Shown here piece after piece: positions 9,663 to 20,138 of a stretch of 64,000 nucleotides of DNA. Made by a program: the position numbers and the translations under genes. How positions within the stretch are numbered: the first letter of the stretch is position 1; the number at the start of each line of letters is the position of its first letter. A model generated the notes under the pieces. That model was not told the origin of the DNA, did no database searches, and worked only from the letters and a program-made list of their open reading frames with translations. Origin of the DNA: Granulicella sp. (GTDB taxonomy: Bacteria > Acidobacteriota > Terriglobia > Terriglobales > Acidobacteriaceae); the NCBI GenBank assembly GCA_027339965.1, contig DAHWNL010000078.1:136789-200788 (forward strand), read 5' to 3'.

Positions 9663-10393
9663 ATCTCAGTCGACGTCAATTTCTCGTGCTGGTGCCAGCC
9701 ACGGCTGTCGCATGGCAGTATGTGCTTGCCGGCACCCCCCGGGATGCCCCTAACTACCAGCTCGCCGACCACTGGTGGGGCATGTTGCTTGATATCACCA
9801 AGTGCATCGGCTGCGGAAACTGCGTCCGCGCCTGCCAGGCAGAGAACGATGTCCCTGACGGATACTTTCGCACCTGGGTCGAACGCTACCTCAGAACCGA
9901 TTGGAATCTGACCACCCCGGAGGTCATCTCTCCCGACGGCGGCAAAGAAGGCTTCCCGACCGCCGAAGAGGTCAAGGATGGCATGTACTTCTTCGTTCCC
10001 AAGATGTGCAACCACTGCGCCGACTCTCCCTGTACCCAGGTCTGTCCCGTAGGAGCCACCTTCATCACCCCGGACGGCGTCGTCCTCATCGACCAGACCT
10101 ACTGCCTTGGCTGCGCCTACTGCGTGCAGGCCTGCCCCTATGGGTGCCGCTATATTCACCCTACAAGACACGTCGCCGACAAGTGCACGCTCTGCTATCA
10201 CCGCATCACCAAGGGCCTTACCACGGCCTGCTGTGAGAACTGCCCCACCGGGGCGCGTCAACTGGTCGATCTCAAAAACCCCAATGATCCCATCCATGCC
10301 TTTTTGAAGACGCATGACGTGCATGTCCTCAAGCCGGAGATGGCAACGGGAGCAAAGGCCTTTTACAACGGTTTGGATGGCTCGGTGCGATAA
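9659..10393 (+). CDS. Tat-exported 4Fe-4S protein, NrfC/PsrB/DmsB family
   Basis: SRRQFL Tat motif; CIGCGNCVRAC, CNHCADSPCTQVCP, CLGCAYCVQACP, CTLC...CCENCP. Confidence 0.9.
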   Translation: MNLSRRQFLVLVPATAVAWQYVLAGTPRDAPNYQLADHWWGMLLDITKCIGCGNCVRACQAENDVPDGYFRTWVERYLRTDWNLTTPEVISPDGGKEGFPTAEEVKDGMYFFVPKMCNHCADSPCTQVCPVGATFITPDGVVLIDQTYCLGCAYCVQACPYGCRYIHPTRHVADKCTLCYHRITKGLTTACCENCPTGARQLVDLKNPNDPIHAFLKTHDVHVLKPEMATGAKAFYNGLDGSVR

Positions 10394-10411
10394 AAGGAGG
10401 AACGGACCATT

Positions 10412-11602
10412 ATGGGCGGCGTCGAAGGCTACATGTATCCCAATGAGATCAATCTGTACTGGAGCGTCCTGATCGTCGTGTACCCCTACGTCACGGGACT
10501 GGTCGCAGGCGCCTTCATTCTGGCATCCCTGGTCCGCATCTTCAACGTGAAAGAGGTCGCCCCGACCTATCGGCTCGCTCTCTTGACCGCCTTGGCGTTC
10601 CTCATTGTGGCGCCCTTGCCGTTGCTGCTCCACCTCGGTCATCCCGAGCGCTGTTTTGAGATGTACTTCACCCCCCATGACACCTCGGCCATGGCCATGT
10701 TTGGCTACGTCTATATCTGGTACCTAATGGCTGTGCTGTTGTTCGAGATCTGGCTTGACTTCCGCCATGACATCATCCTCACCGCCCGCTCCTCAAAGGG
10801 CCTCAAGCGAGCCTTCTATGTCCTGCTGAGTCTGGGCTCGAATAACACCAGCGAGCACTCTCTCGCCGTCGATGAACGTGCCGGATGGATCGTCACTCTG
10901 ATTGGCATTCCTTCCGCCTTCCTTCTCCACGGATACGTTGGCTTCATCTTCGGTTCCATCAAAGCCAATCCGTGGTGGAGTTCACCCCTCATGCCGGTGG
11001 TCTTCATCTTCTCCGCCATGGTCTCCGGCATCGCTCTGGTGCTGCTGGTCTATATGTTCACCACACGTGCGCGCCATCGCGAAATCGACATGCCCTGCGT
11101 GGACACCATCGCCAGGTATCTCCTCTATATCTTCATCATCGACTTTGTCATGGAGATGCTCGACCTGGTCCATCGCATCTATGTCGCCGACGAGAGCTTC
11201 CGTTCCATCAACTTTATGGTCCACACCAAACTCTACTTCTCCCAGATTGTCCTTCAGATCTACATCGGAACCCTGGTACCGCTGATCCTCCTGGGCATCG
11301 TTCAGGTGACCAGACTCTCCCCATCCCTGCGCAAGGCCATCTATGCCCTTTCGGCTGCACTGATCGAGATCGCAGTGGTCTCCATGCGCTGGAATGTGGT
11401 CATCGGCGGGCAGCTCTTCTCCAAAAGCTTCCTCGGATATACCACCTACAAGATCGGCCTGATTACTCACGAAGGGCTGTTCATGGCCGTCTTCCTCACC
11501 CTGCTCCCGCTGGCCTTCCTGTGGGTCCTGGTCAAGATACTTCCCCCTTGGCCGGAGCTCAAGCGGGGTATGAATCGCGTCGCAAGTGTAACCATGCCAT
11601 AA
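10412..11602 (+). CDS. NrfD/PsrC family quinol-interacting membrane subunit
   Basis: WSVLIVVYPYVTGLVAGAF, LLLHLGHPER, ANPWWSSPLMPVVFIFSAMVSG, RWNVVIGGQ; ~10 TM helices. Confidence 0.88.
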   Translation: MGGVEGYMYPNEINLYWSVLIVVYPYVTGLVAGAFILASLVRIFNVKEVAPTYRLALLTALAFLIVAPLPLLLHLGHPERCFEMYFTPHDTSAMAMFGYVYIWYLMAVLLFEIWLDFRHDIILTARSSKGLKRAFYVLLSLGSNNTSEHSLAVDERAGWIVTLIGIPSAFLLHGYVGFIFGSIKANPWWSSPLMPVVFIFSAMVSGIALVLLVYMFTTRARHREIDMPCVDTIARYLLYIFIIDFVMEMLDLVHRIYVADESFRSINFMVHTKLYFSQIVLQIYIGTLVPLILLGIVQVTRLSPSLRKAIYALSAALIEIAVVSMRWNVVIGGQLFSKSFLGYTTYKIGLITHEGLFMAVFLTLLPLAFLWVLVKILPPWPELKRGMNRVASVTMP

Positions 11603-11641
11603 CTGCGCCCGACTGAGACCATCCCGGGTGAAGGGGGGACC

Positions 11642-13393
11642 ATGAACGAAGACCCCTTAAACGAGGTCGAGCAGTTGAGCCAACGCCTGGACGCTCGATT
11701 GCGTGCATTGGAGAGGCGGGTTGATCAGCTGGAGCGCCGGCAGGAAAGATCCTCGTCTCCACGAAACCCTTCGCTCGCTCATGCCCTGGAGCCCAGTGCC
11801 GAACCCACAATACCGTCTCTGCCCGGCACGGGTGGAACCCTCCCGATTCTTGGCAGAGCAGTACTTGGGATCGCGGGTGCTTACCTTCTCCGCGCCATGG
11901 CTCAGCTGGCTTCGCCCCTACATTTCGCGGTTCTTGCACTGGCCATCGTCTATGCCATGAGCTGGCTGGCGCTGGCCGGCAGAGTTCGTCATGCGGCGTG
12001 GTTTGCGCGCCCCACCTATGCTCTCACCTCGGCCCTGATTCTCATTCCCATGCTGTGGGAGATGACGCTTCGCTTCCAGATGTTCAGCCCGGTCACCAGC
12101 GCCTGCGTTCTTGGAGCCTTCGCGCTGGAGGGATTGGTTCTTACCTGGAGGTGTTACAGTGCGACCGTGCTCTGGTTGGCCTATAGCGCTTCCCTGGCGG
12201 GATCCATCGCACTCATGTTCGCGGCTCATCGGGTGATGCCATTTGGATGGGTGGTGCTCGGAGTTGCCTTGGCGAGCGAGATCGCCCAAAGCATGGGCCA
12301 TAGGCTGCGGGGACGTCTCCTCTCCGCGATTGCCATCGACTTAATCATCAGCTTTTTGATCTACGTCTACTCCATGCCGGAGAACGCTCGCCCAGCTTAC
12401 CCCGATGCATCGATCCCTCTTCTGGTCGCGTTGGCCTCCATTCCGTTCTTTCTCTATCTTGGCAGCTACTCTATCCAAACCCTATCCAACACGCGAACCA
12501 TCACGGTCTTTGAGATGGCTCAGATCGTGCTCACATTCTTCTTTGCCTGCTACGGTTCCATGGTGCTCAGCTCCGGGCGCTACAAGGTTGCCATTGGAGC
12601 CATCTGCATTGCATTGGCTGCCGCGGGCTATGGCATTGCCCCATGGCGCTTGGGCGATCAAAACCACCCGCGCAACCTTCGCGCCTACACCACCGCAAGC
12701 ACAGCCTGGATGCTTCTCGGTTGCTCCCTTGCGCTTCCCCATGCATGGTTGGCGCCGGTACTGGGTCTGGCAGCCTTCATCGTAACCTTGGTAGGAGGGT
12801 GCCGGTCAGAGCCTATTCTGCTGGCCCAGGGCGGAGCCCTTCTGCTGGCGGCTTCGTTCTTCTCAGGGCTCCTAGAATTCTGCTTGCATGCTCTATCCGG
12901 GACGCACCCCTTAGCGCCTCCATGGATCATCTTGCTCGTTCTGGCTTTCGCTATGCTTGCCTATGCAGCCGGAGCCCGCAGTCCGCAGGGACAGACCGAG
13001 GTAGAGATCGCACAACTCGCTTCAGCGTCTCTGATCAGCGCAACCGCGGCGTCCTTCGCAACATTTTTCATCGAGACGGCTATCGCGCATCGCGGAGGCC
13101 TGAAACTGCTCTATACCGGAGGCTTGCTGGAGTTCCTTCAAACGCTGATGCTGTGCGCTCTTTCTCTGTGCCTGGCGGCAATCGGACCGCGCTGGAACAA
13201 GAACATACTGACTTGGCTGGCCTACACAACGCTCGTGATGACCGCTGCTAAAATCCTTCTTGAGGACGCGCTCCACGGGCATCTGGTGTTCATCGCCGCT
13301 TCTTTCATTCTCTATGCTGCCACCTTGATGCTCCTGCCGCGTCTCTCCCGTCCTCGCCGCAAGGGACCGGCTCTGATCTCAAAGCTCCTTTGA
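11642..13393 (+). CDS. Polytopic membrane protein with an N-terminal coiled coil (DUF2339-like)
   Basis: LDARLRALERRVDQLE followed by many hydrophobic segments; follows nrfD in the same orientation. Confidence 0.6.
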   Translation: MNEDPLNEVEQLSQRLDARLRALERRVDQLERRQERSSSPRNPSLAHALEPSAEPTIPSLPGTGGTLPILGRAVLGIAGAYLLRAMAQLASPLHFAVLALAIVYAMSWLALAGRVRHAAWFARPTYALTSALILIPMLWEMTLRFQMFSPVTSACVLGAFALEGLVLTWRCYSATVLWLAYSASLAGSIALMFAAHRVMPFGWVVLGVALASEIAQSMGHRLRGRLLSAIAIDLIISFLIYVYSMPENARPAYPDASIPLLVALASIPFFLYLGSYSIQTLSNTRTITVFEMAQIVLTFFFACYGSMVLSSGRYKVAIGAICIALAAAGYGIAPWRLGDQNHPRNLRAYTTASTAWMLLGCSLALPHAWLAPVLGLAAFIVTLVGGCRSEPILLAQGGALLLAASFFSGLLEFCLHALSGTHPLAPPWIILLVLAFAMLAYAAGARSPQGQTEVEIAQLASASLISATAASFATFFIETAIAHRGGLKLLYTGGLLEFLQTLMLCALSLCLAAIGPRWNKNILTWLAYTTLVMTAAKILLEDALHGHLVFIAASFILYAATLMLLPRLSRPRRKGPALISKLL

Positions 13394-13540
13394 CAATGTT
13401 ACTGAAGCGCTGGAATCCGGCCCCTAAAGCTTCCCAACCCGCTGCGTTGCTCCCCTGACACTACTACAGGATCTGCCGCGCCCCGCCCGGCGCCTGATCC
13501 AGAGCCGCAGGATCGGCGCCAAACGGACGGCAGCTTTTTG

Positions 13541-14335
13541 TCATTGGTTGGAGGTTGAGCCGGATGGCGTCGAGGATTGGGGAGTGGTACTGCTTGAGGC
13601 CGACGGGGCCTGACCCGACGCGCCGCCCGGAGCCACGGAAGAGGATGGGGCCGAGGATGAGGATGGCGTTGAGGATGACGAAGAAGTCGAGGATGATGGG
13701 AGGGGAGCGATGATCACATCCTGCACTTCAGGCTGGATCGTAGCTGACCCACAGTCCGAATTGTTGCCTGCAGCGTCAAACCGGCAGCCGTAGAGGCCTT
13801 CGGTGGGAACTCCGCAGTCTCCTGCATTCAGCTCCGAGACCCACCAGCCTGAACCAACTGGGCGCTTGCGCGTGTTGCCCTTGGCGTAGATCGCCATCAG
13901 AGTGGAACCGGAGGCTGACTGGCCATTGCCACAGCTAAAGGTCCGATCGTTGCTTATATAGAGAACCTTGCTGTGATTGTCCCAGGCCTCATTGACCAGC
14001 ACCGGGTTCCCGGAGTTATCCACATCCAACTGCTCGGCCCAGAAGGAACGGTCATGCGGGCTTCCTTTGAAGTGAACAGCAGCTTTTCCCTTGCCGAAGT
14101 CTTTGGTCGCGGCTTTTTTGACAGCTTTCGGTCCGGGCTTTGGGGCAGCCGCCTTGGCTTGGATCGGCGGAGTGACATGAATATTCGGCACGGACGGAGC
14201 AGGTTGCGGAGCCGGTTGGGTGACGGGTTGATTCGCAGCTACTTCGGGCTTTGGAGACTGCTTACAGGCAACGGCTATACATGCCAACGCGGTAGCCATG
14301 AAGATGGCGCCAGTACGGAAGAACCTAACGTTCAT
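13541..14335 (-). CDS. Hypothetical lipoprotein
   Basis: Lipobox-like IAVAC, Pro/Ala/Lys-rich linker, 4-Cys core, Ser-rich tail; AGGA RBS. Confidence 0.7.
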   Translation of the reverse strand: MNVRFFRTGAIFMATALACIAVACKQSPKPEVAANQPVTQPAPQPAPSVPNIHVTPPIQAKAAAPKPGPKAVKKAATKDFGKGKAAVHFKGSPHDRSFWAEQLDVDNSGNPVLVNEAWDNHSKVLYISNDRTFSCGNGQSASGSTLMAIYAKGNTRKRPVGSGWWVSELNAGDCGVPTEGLYGCRFDAAGNNSDCGSATIQPEVQDVIIAPLPSSSTSSSSSTPSSSSAPSSSVAPGGASGQAPSASSSTTPQSSTPSGSTSNQ

Positions 14336-14501
14336 ATCGATCCTTTCTTTTGCAAAGAACTTGTAATTTCAATACAACGGAAGATTGTACGCCGGCAGTT
14401 GGTTCGGGAAAATATGCGCTTCGAAAGTCTGGTTCCTTGGACTCCGCCATCCCTCGCAAGCATCAAGGTAGCGCCACCGGTGGATAGCCATAATCCCCTC
14501 C

Positions 14502-17015
14502 TCAGCGGTACCAGAGAATCTGCTTGGCCTCGAGCGGGATGGTTGCCTCCGGATGGTAGGCAATCACGCGCGGAGTAAAGTCCCCCGCAGGCCGGAGAGC
14601 AGGCACGGATGCCGTGAAGCACGGGCTTCCTTTGTCTTTGCATGGATCTTCCAACGTCATGGTGATCGGAGACGGATCGCTCCCCTCGAGCGGTTCGGCG
14701 TACAGTTGCACTCTGACCGATTTGGGGCTGAGATCACCCAGGTAGACCTGGGCACGGACGTGGTGATGATCCCCTTGCGTCTCCACGTCAACCGATAGGA
14801 AGCGAACTTTAGGCCATTCCTCGGACAGTTGTCGCTGCCAGCGGAGCAGGCCTGCCGCAGTTTTGGACCCGGATCTGCTTCGACGCATATAGCTTGCCGC
14901 CAAAGGAGCATAGTACTTTGTGGTGTACTCCTGCACGCAGCGGGTCGCGGAAAAGGCCGGCGTCAGGCGCGCCATGCTTTCCCGCACCCGATTGATCCAT
15001 GCGATGGGCAAGCCCTCTTCATTCCGGTCGTAAAACTCTGGAATCACCCGCTGTTCAAGGAGCGTATAGAGTTGTTGGGCTTCGGCGGCATCCCAGGCCG
15101 GATCGTCTCCGTGATCCAGCCCATCGCCCAATGCCCAGCCCAGGCCAGGCTGATAGGCCTCCGCCCACCAGCCGTCAAGTACTGAGAGGTTTAAACCGCC
15201 GTTGACAAGAACCTTCATACCGCTGGTGCCGCAAGCTTCCCATGGACGACGTGGCGTATTCAACCAAACATCGACGCCATGCACCAGATGCTCCGTCAGA
15301 CGCATATCGTAGTCACTCAAAAAGACTACCTTCGGCCGAGCTGCGGTGTGACGAATAAACTGGATCCACTGGCGGATCATCTCCTGGCCCGCGGTATCCT
15401 GGGGATGAGCCTTGCCGGCGAGGACCAGCTGCACAGGGCGATCCTTGTTGGTCAGGATCGACAAGAGACGATCCTGATCCATCAGCAGCAGGTTGGGCCG
15501 TTTATAAGTGGCAAAGCGCCTTGCAAATCCCAGAGTGAGCGTATCCGGATCAAAGATGGTCTCCATCTCTTTCACTTCATCCGCCGAGGCGCCATAGGAC
15601 GCGGTCTGCCGCGCCAGCCGCTTGCGAACCACCTGGACGAGCGACTTCCTGGAAGCTGCGCGCATCTGCCAAAGCCGCGCGCTGGGGATACGGCGGATCT
15701 GCTCTTCGATCTGTTGCAAATCGCCGTCCCAACGTTGTCCTCCACAAGCTTCTGTCCACAGATTGTCTGATTCCGTAGAGTCCCAGATGGGCACGTGAAC
15801 TCCGTTGGTGACCGAACCAATGGGCACCTCGGGCTCTGGCCAGCGCGGGAAGATGTCCTGAAAGAGTTGGCGGCTTACTTGACCATGCAGACGGCTGACG
15901 CCGTTCACGGCTCCGCTGCCGCGCATCGCCAGCAGTGCCATGCTGAACGGTTCACGGGGATCATCAGGATTTTTACGTCCAAGAGCAAGGAAGTCATGCA
16001 TGGAGATGCGCAAGGCATCCTGCACATAGTGCCGGAAGTGGTTCTCCACCAGCTCCGGGGCAAATCGATCAAAGCCGGCGGCTACCGCGGTATGAGTTGT
16101 AAAAAGATTACCGACGCGGGTGAGGGTCAAGGCGGCTTCAAAGGAAACGCCCTGCTCTTCCATATACTCCCTGGCGCGCTCGATGATTGCAAAAGCGGCA
16201 TGCCCCTCGTTGAGATGGCAAATCTCGGGCCGCAGTCCCAACTCTCGCAGCAGCCGCCACCCGCAGATGCCAAGAATCAGTTCCTGCTGAATTCGCAGTT
16301 CAGGCCCTCCGCCGTAGAGTTCGCTGGCTATACCCCGATACTCCGGCAGATTGGCCGGATCATTCGTGTCGAGCAAATAGAGCGTTGTCCGTCCTACATC
16401 GGCCTGCCACACCCTCACCCATAGTTGAAAACCGGGTAGCTGGAGGCTGATCCTCAACCATCCGCCATTGGCCCTGCGAACGGGCCGGATGGGGAGCTGG
16501 CCAGGATTGTTGAACGGATATAGCGCTTCTTGCCGGCCGTCGGCGTCGATCCGTTGCCGGAAGTAGCCCACCTGGTAGAGCAGGCCAACGGCAACCACCG
16601 GGACGCCAAGATCGCTGGCGGCCTTGAGTTGGTCGCCGGCAACGTTGCCAAGGCCACCGGAGTAGATAGGCAGCGCGTCGTTCAGCATGTATTCCATGCT
16701 GAAATAAGCCACGGAAGTGAATGGACTCTTGGTATAAGCTCGTTCAAACCAACTTTTGATCTCTTCGCGCCGTTCCTTTCGCTGATAGATCTCATCCAGA
16801 GCCTTCCTGAACTGGGCGTCGGAGGAGAGCGATGCCAGTCGCTCTTCGGAAACGGTTTGCAGCATGGCACACGGGTTCCGCGTCAGTTCCCAAAGTTCCG
16901 GGTCCAACTGGCTCCAGAGACTGTCTGCGGCGTGGTTCCAGGACCAACGCATGTTGACGGAGAGTTCCGTCAGGGCGTCTCTCACAGAGTTGGCGGAGAA
17001 AAAATCGGCTTCCAT
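14502..17015 (-). CDS. glgP: Alpha-glucan (glycogen/maltodextrin) phosphorylase, GT35
   Basis: [63 protein letters not shown] (PLP lysine). Confidence 0.95.
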   Translation of the reverse strand: MEADFFSANSVRDALTELSVNMRWSWNHAADSLWSQLDPELWELTRNPCAMLQTVSEERLASLSSDAQFRKALDEIYQRKERREEIKSWFERAYTKSPFTSVAYFSMEYMLNDALPIYSGGLGNVAGDQLKAASDLGVPVVAVGLLYQVGYFRQRIDADGRQEALYPFNNPGQLPIRPVRRANGGWLRISLQLPGFQLWVRVWQADVGRTTLYLLDTNDPANLPEYRGIASELYGGGPELRIQQELILGICGWRLLRELGLRPEICHLNEGHAAFAIIERAREYMEEQGVSFEAALTLTRVGNLFTTHTAVAAGFDRFAPELVENHFRHYVQDALRISMHDFLALGRKNPDDPREPFSMALLAMRGSGAVNGVSRLHGQVSRQLFQDIFPRWPEPEVPIGSVTNGVHVPIWDSTESDNLWTEACGGQRWDGDLQQIEEQIRRIPSARLWQMRAASRKSLVQVVRKRLARQTASYGASADEVKEMETIFDPDTLTLGFARRFATYKRPNLLLMDQDRLLSILTNKDRPVQLVLAGKAHPQDTAGQEMIRQWIQFIRHTAARPKVVFLSDYDMRLTEHLVHGVDVWLNTPRRPWEACGTSGMKVLVNGGLNLSVLDGWWAEAYQPGLGWALGDGLDHGDDPAWDAAEAQQLYTLLEQRVIPEFYDRNEEGLPIAWINRVRESMARLTPAFSATRCVQEYTTKYYAPLAASYMRRSRSGSKTAAGLLRWQRQLSEEWPKVRFLSVDVETQGDHHHVRAQVYLGDLSPKSVRVQLYAEPLEGSDPSPITMTLEDPCKDKGSPCFTASVPALRPAGDFTPRVIAYHPEATIPLEAKQILWYR

Positions 17016-17920
17016 TCAAGATCCCTAGCCGGAAAAAGGCATCATGAAGAATGTATCTTCTCTTTTTAGGACGCAGCACAGCCGGGGTGGTTGCTCGACC
17101 ACCCCAAAAATCTTCTCCGTCCGGGCAACCAGCGGATTCGATTGGCGTCTATAACCTTTAGAAGGACCGCAGGCGGCCTCCGGTAAGAGACTCCCTTCTG
17201 TTCTGGCTCTGTTTTTCCTCGCTGGGTGGTCCGATTGGTGTCATGGGCACGGCAAAATCTCACGGCCCTCATCACTAGGGCGGACCTAGATGCAGGCGGG
17301 GTGGAGACAAGCACGGCAAGCGGTGAGGTGATGTTCATGATGGAAGAGGGGCTAAGGTGGCAGAGCAGGCCATCCGCGATCTTGCCCGGCGTTCCAGTGC
17401 CTGAAGAACCAAAGCGAATCAGTGCTACCCGGCAGCTCCTGCCACGCAGGAATCGCTATCAAAAGGAGCCTGAAGGCTCCGAGCAAAAGCCTCGCTCGCC
17501 GGCTTTGGCCGGCCCGCCCGGCGGGCATCTCTCCTGGGCCACGATGATCGGGCATCAAGATGTGAGTTTTCCTACGCTCATCTCTTCTGCCGAGTCCAAG
17601 CCTCTGCTCAGCAGAACGGTCTTGCCAGAGAAGCGCCGACGACGAAAGCCGTATAGCCGATTTGGTCCCGGCAGGGCCCCTAACGTCATCTGCATGGCTC
17701 TGATCTCCGTTCCATGGACGCCCCAGATGCCGTTAGGCCGCCTCGGCAACGCTCAGCCGCAACGGGGCCCAGTCAGGTCAGCAATTGGCTTTGCATCCAA
17801 CACCACTTTTTGCTTACGCAACAAGTGCAACTGACATCCCGCCTCTTGCGGAGGTATTTGGCTCGAGGTCGAACCTTTTGTGACACAAACCTCAGGAACA
17901 CGAAAAGGAGAGTTCCTCTT

Positions 17921-18484
17921 ATGAAGAAATTGTGCCGTTTGATGGCGGTGGCTGCGTGCTCCGCTGTTTTTTTGCTGCCCATGGCATCTGCTGACAGCAT
18001 CAAGGTCGACTACAACCACCATACAAACTTTGCCAACTATCACACCTATTCGTGGGGCAAGGTGGTGGTTACGGATCCACTGGTGGCGTCACGTATCAAG
18101 CGAGTGGTCAACGCTGACTTGCAGAAAGAAGGCTGGAAGGAAGTTCCCTCGGGTGGTCAGGTCACCATCATGGCGCATGACAACATCCACAATGAACAGG
18201 AGGAAGAGACCTTCTACAGTGGCATGGGCGGCGGCATGGGCGGCTGGGGCTGGGGCGGCTGGGGTATGGGTCCGGGTGGCGGCCTGGGCGAAGAAGACAC
18301 CACGACGGAAAATATTCGCGTAGCGCACCTTGTGATCGACGTGTTCCATACCCAGTCCAAGCATCTGCTATGGCGCGGCGTATCACGCGGTGAGTTGTCA
18401 GGAAAGCCGGCTGACAACAGAAAGCGCTTGTTCGAGGACATCGATAAGATGTTCAAAAACTTCCCTCCGAAACAGAAGCACTAA
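17921..18484 (+). CDS. DUF4136-like secreted protein
   Basis: Signal peptide; KVDYNHHTNFANYHTYSW, Gly/Trp-rich loop, LVIDVF...LLWRG, DKMFKNFPP; AAGGAG RBS. Confidence 0.75.
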   Translation: MKKLCRLMAVAACSAVFLLPMASADSIKVDYNHHTNFANYHTYSWGKVVVTDPLVASRIKRVVNADLQKEGWKEVPSGGQVTIMAHDNIHNEQEEETFYSGMGGGMGGWGWGGWGMGPGGGLGEEDTTTENIRVAHLVIDVFHTQSKHLLWRGVSRGELSGKPADNRKRLFEDIDKMFKNFPPKQKH

Positions 18485-19295
18485 TCGCAGGTTGAATTGA
18501 CGCCGGCTACGGGCCGGCGAAAGTAGCGCACAGCGCGATGCCCTTGTAAACTTGACCCGAGGATTGGTGCAGCCAGTGAATTTCGGGCCGGTTCACATGT
18601 CATCGCACTGTGCGCAGTTCTTTGGTAACCCTCGTGGAGATGTGTTTCACACAGACCCATATCCGACCTCCCTTTCGGGACCTCGGCTACTTGCCCCGTC
18701 TACCCTGCAGTTCCGCTGCCAGCTTACGGACCTTACGTGTCACCTGACCAGTCCGGCAGCGAGAGATCACATCTAGCCACCGCTTCTCTGTTTCGGCCAG
18801 CTCGCCGTATCGCTGGCCCATAGCGGCGATAAGGATAAGGATGGCATGGCTGCTCGTTGCGCGACTTCGATCAGCCCGCCCCTGGCTCCGGACGCTGGGT
18901 AATCGGCTTCGCCCGTTGGAAGAAGCGCTTGCCCGGCGCTGAGCAGGCGAAGGGGTGGTTTCCTTGCCTTTTTGCTCTTCCTTTCTTGCCGATGGTGCGC
19001 TAAGCTTGAGTCGGCAGCTCTTCTCATGAACTAGCGATGCTCTGAATTCTCTCAAACTGAGTTGAGCGGTCGTGCCACTTGCAACTAGAGAAGGAATTCT
19101 CCATGGCTTCACCGGTTTTTGCAATGCTTCGGCGCCACTCGGACGCAGTGCATCCAACCACTCCGGGTCTTGGGCACCTGGCACTTCCGTTCGGTTGAGG
19201 GAGCAAAGTCCGGTCTGCCTCCTGGGGAGGTTTTCGGGTTGGGATCTAATGTTTCCATGAAGCACGAGCTGGGATATAGAAGAGGGGGTTGTTGT

Positions 19296-19805
19296 ATGTT
19301 GAGACTTTTGCGATGGGTGACGGTGGTAATTTGCTTCTCGGTATGCATCTTGCCGATGGCGTCTGCTGACAACATCAAGGTTGACTATAGCCATCAGGTA
19401 GATTTTTCTCAGTTTCACACCTATTCATGGGGCCGGATGCAGGTTCCGGACTCCCTGGTTGCCGCGCGGATTCAACGCAGAGTCAACCTTGCCCTACAAG
19501 AGGCTGGGTGGCGAGAGGTTCCCAGGGGCGGCCAGGTGATCATCATGGTCCAGGACGGCATCCACACGGAGCAAGAGCAAGAAACCTTCTACGAAGGGAT
19601 GCGTATGGGCGTGTCCACTACGTCAGAGTACGATTACCGGGTGGCGCATCTTGTGATCGCCATCTTCAACACGCAGTCAAGGAATTTATTGTGGCGGGGC
19701 GTATCCAGGGGCGAGTTGACGGACAATCCATCTGCGAACAGGAAGCGGTTGTTTGAAGATATCGATAAGATGTTCAAAGGCTTCCCGCCGAAGCCGAGAA
19801 GCTGA
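19296..19805 (+). CDS. DUF4136-like secreted protein (paralog of 17921-18484)
   Basis: KVDYSHQVDFSQFHTYSW...LLWRGVSRGEL...NRKRLFEDIDKMFKGFPP; C-terminus nearly identical to the upstream copy. Confidence 0.75.
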   Translation: MLRLLRWVTVVICFSVCILPMASADNIKVDYSHQVDFSQFHTYSWGRMQVPDSLVAARIQRRVNLALQEAGWREVPRGGQVIIMVQDGIHTEQEQETFYEGMRMGVSTTSEYDYRVAHLVIAIFNTQSRNLLWRGVSRGELTDNPSANRKRLFEDIDKMFKGFPPKPRS

Positions 19806-20138
19806 TCGCTGTCTCGCTTCGTCGCTGATCTCTTCTCGCCGGCAAGAAATTTGGCCGGTTTGCTTCTGCTTGTTCCGCCGGGTTTGAGAAGTGCAGTAGA
19901 GCAACTCAAGCTAGCGGAACGCAAGGGGTCAGCATGCGCTCTATGCAAGCGCGCTATAGATGTTCCCTTGTGGATAGTCTTTAAGATGCGGGTTGGCTGT
20001 CACGGTTTCGTTCCACCCCGGGCAATCAAGCCTCCCGGGGATTTCGATCTTGGAGGAAACGCCCATCAACGTCAAGGCTTTGAGATAAACCTCCACAAGA
20101 AAATCCTCTCATTGGCTTCAGATTCCACGTAGATCGGC

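Noticed and set aside
17084..17110. Hairpin GGGGTGGT-N6-ACCACCCC as an intrinsic terminator
   Set aside because: There is no U-tract 3' of the stem on either strand.
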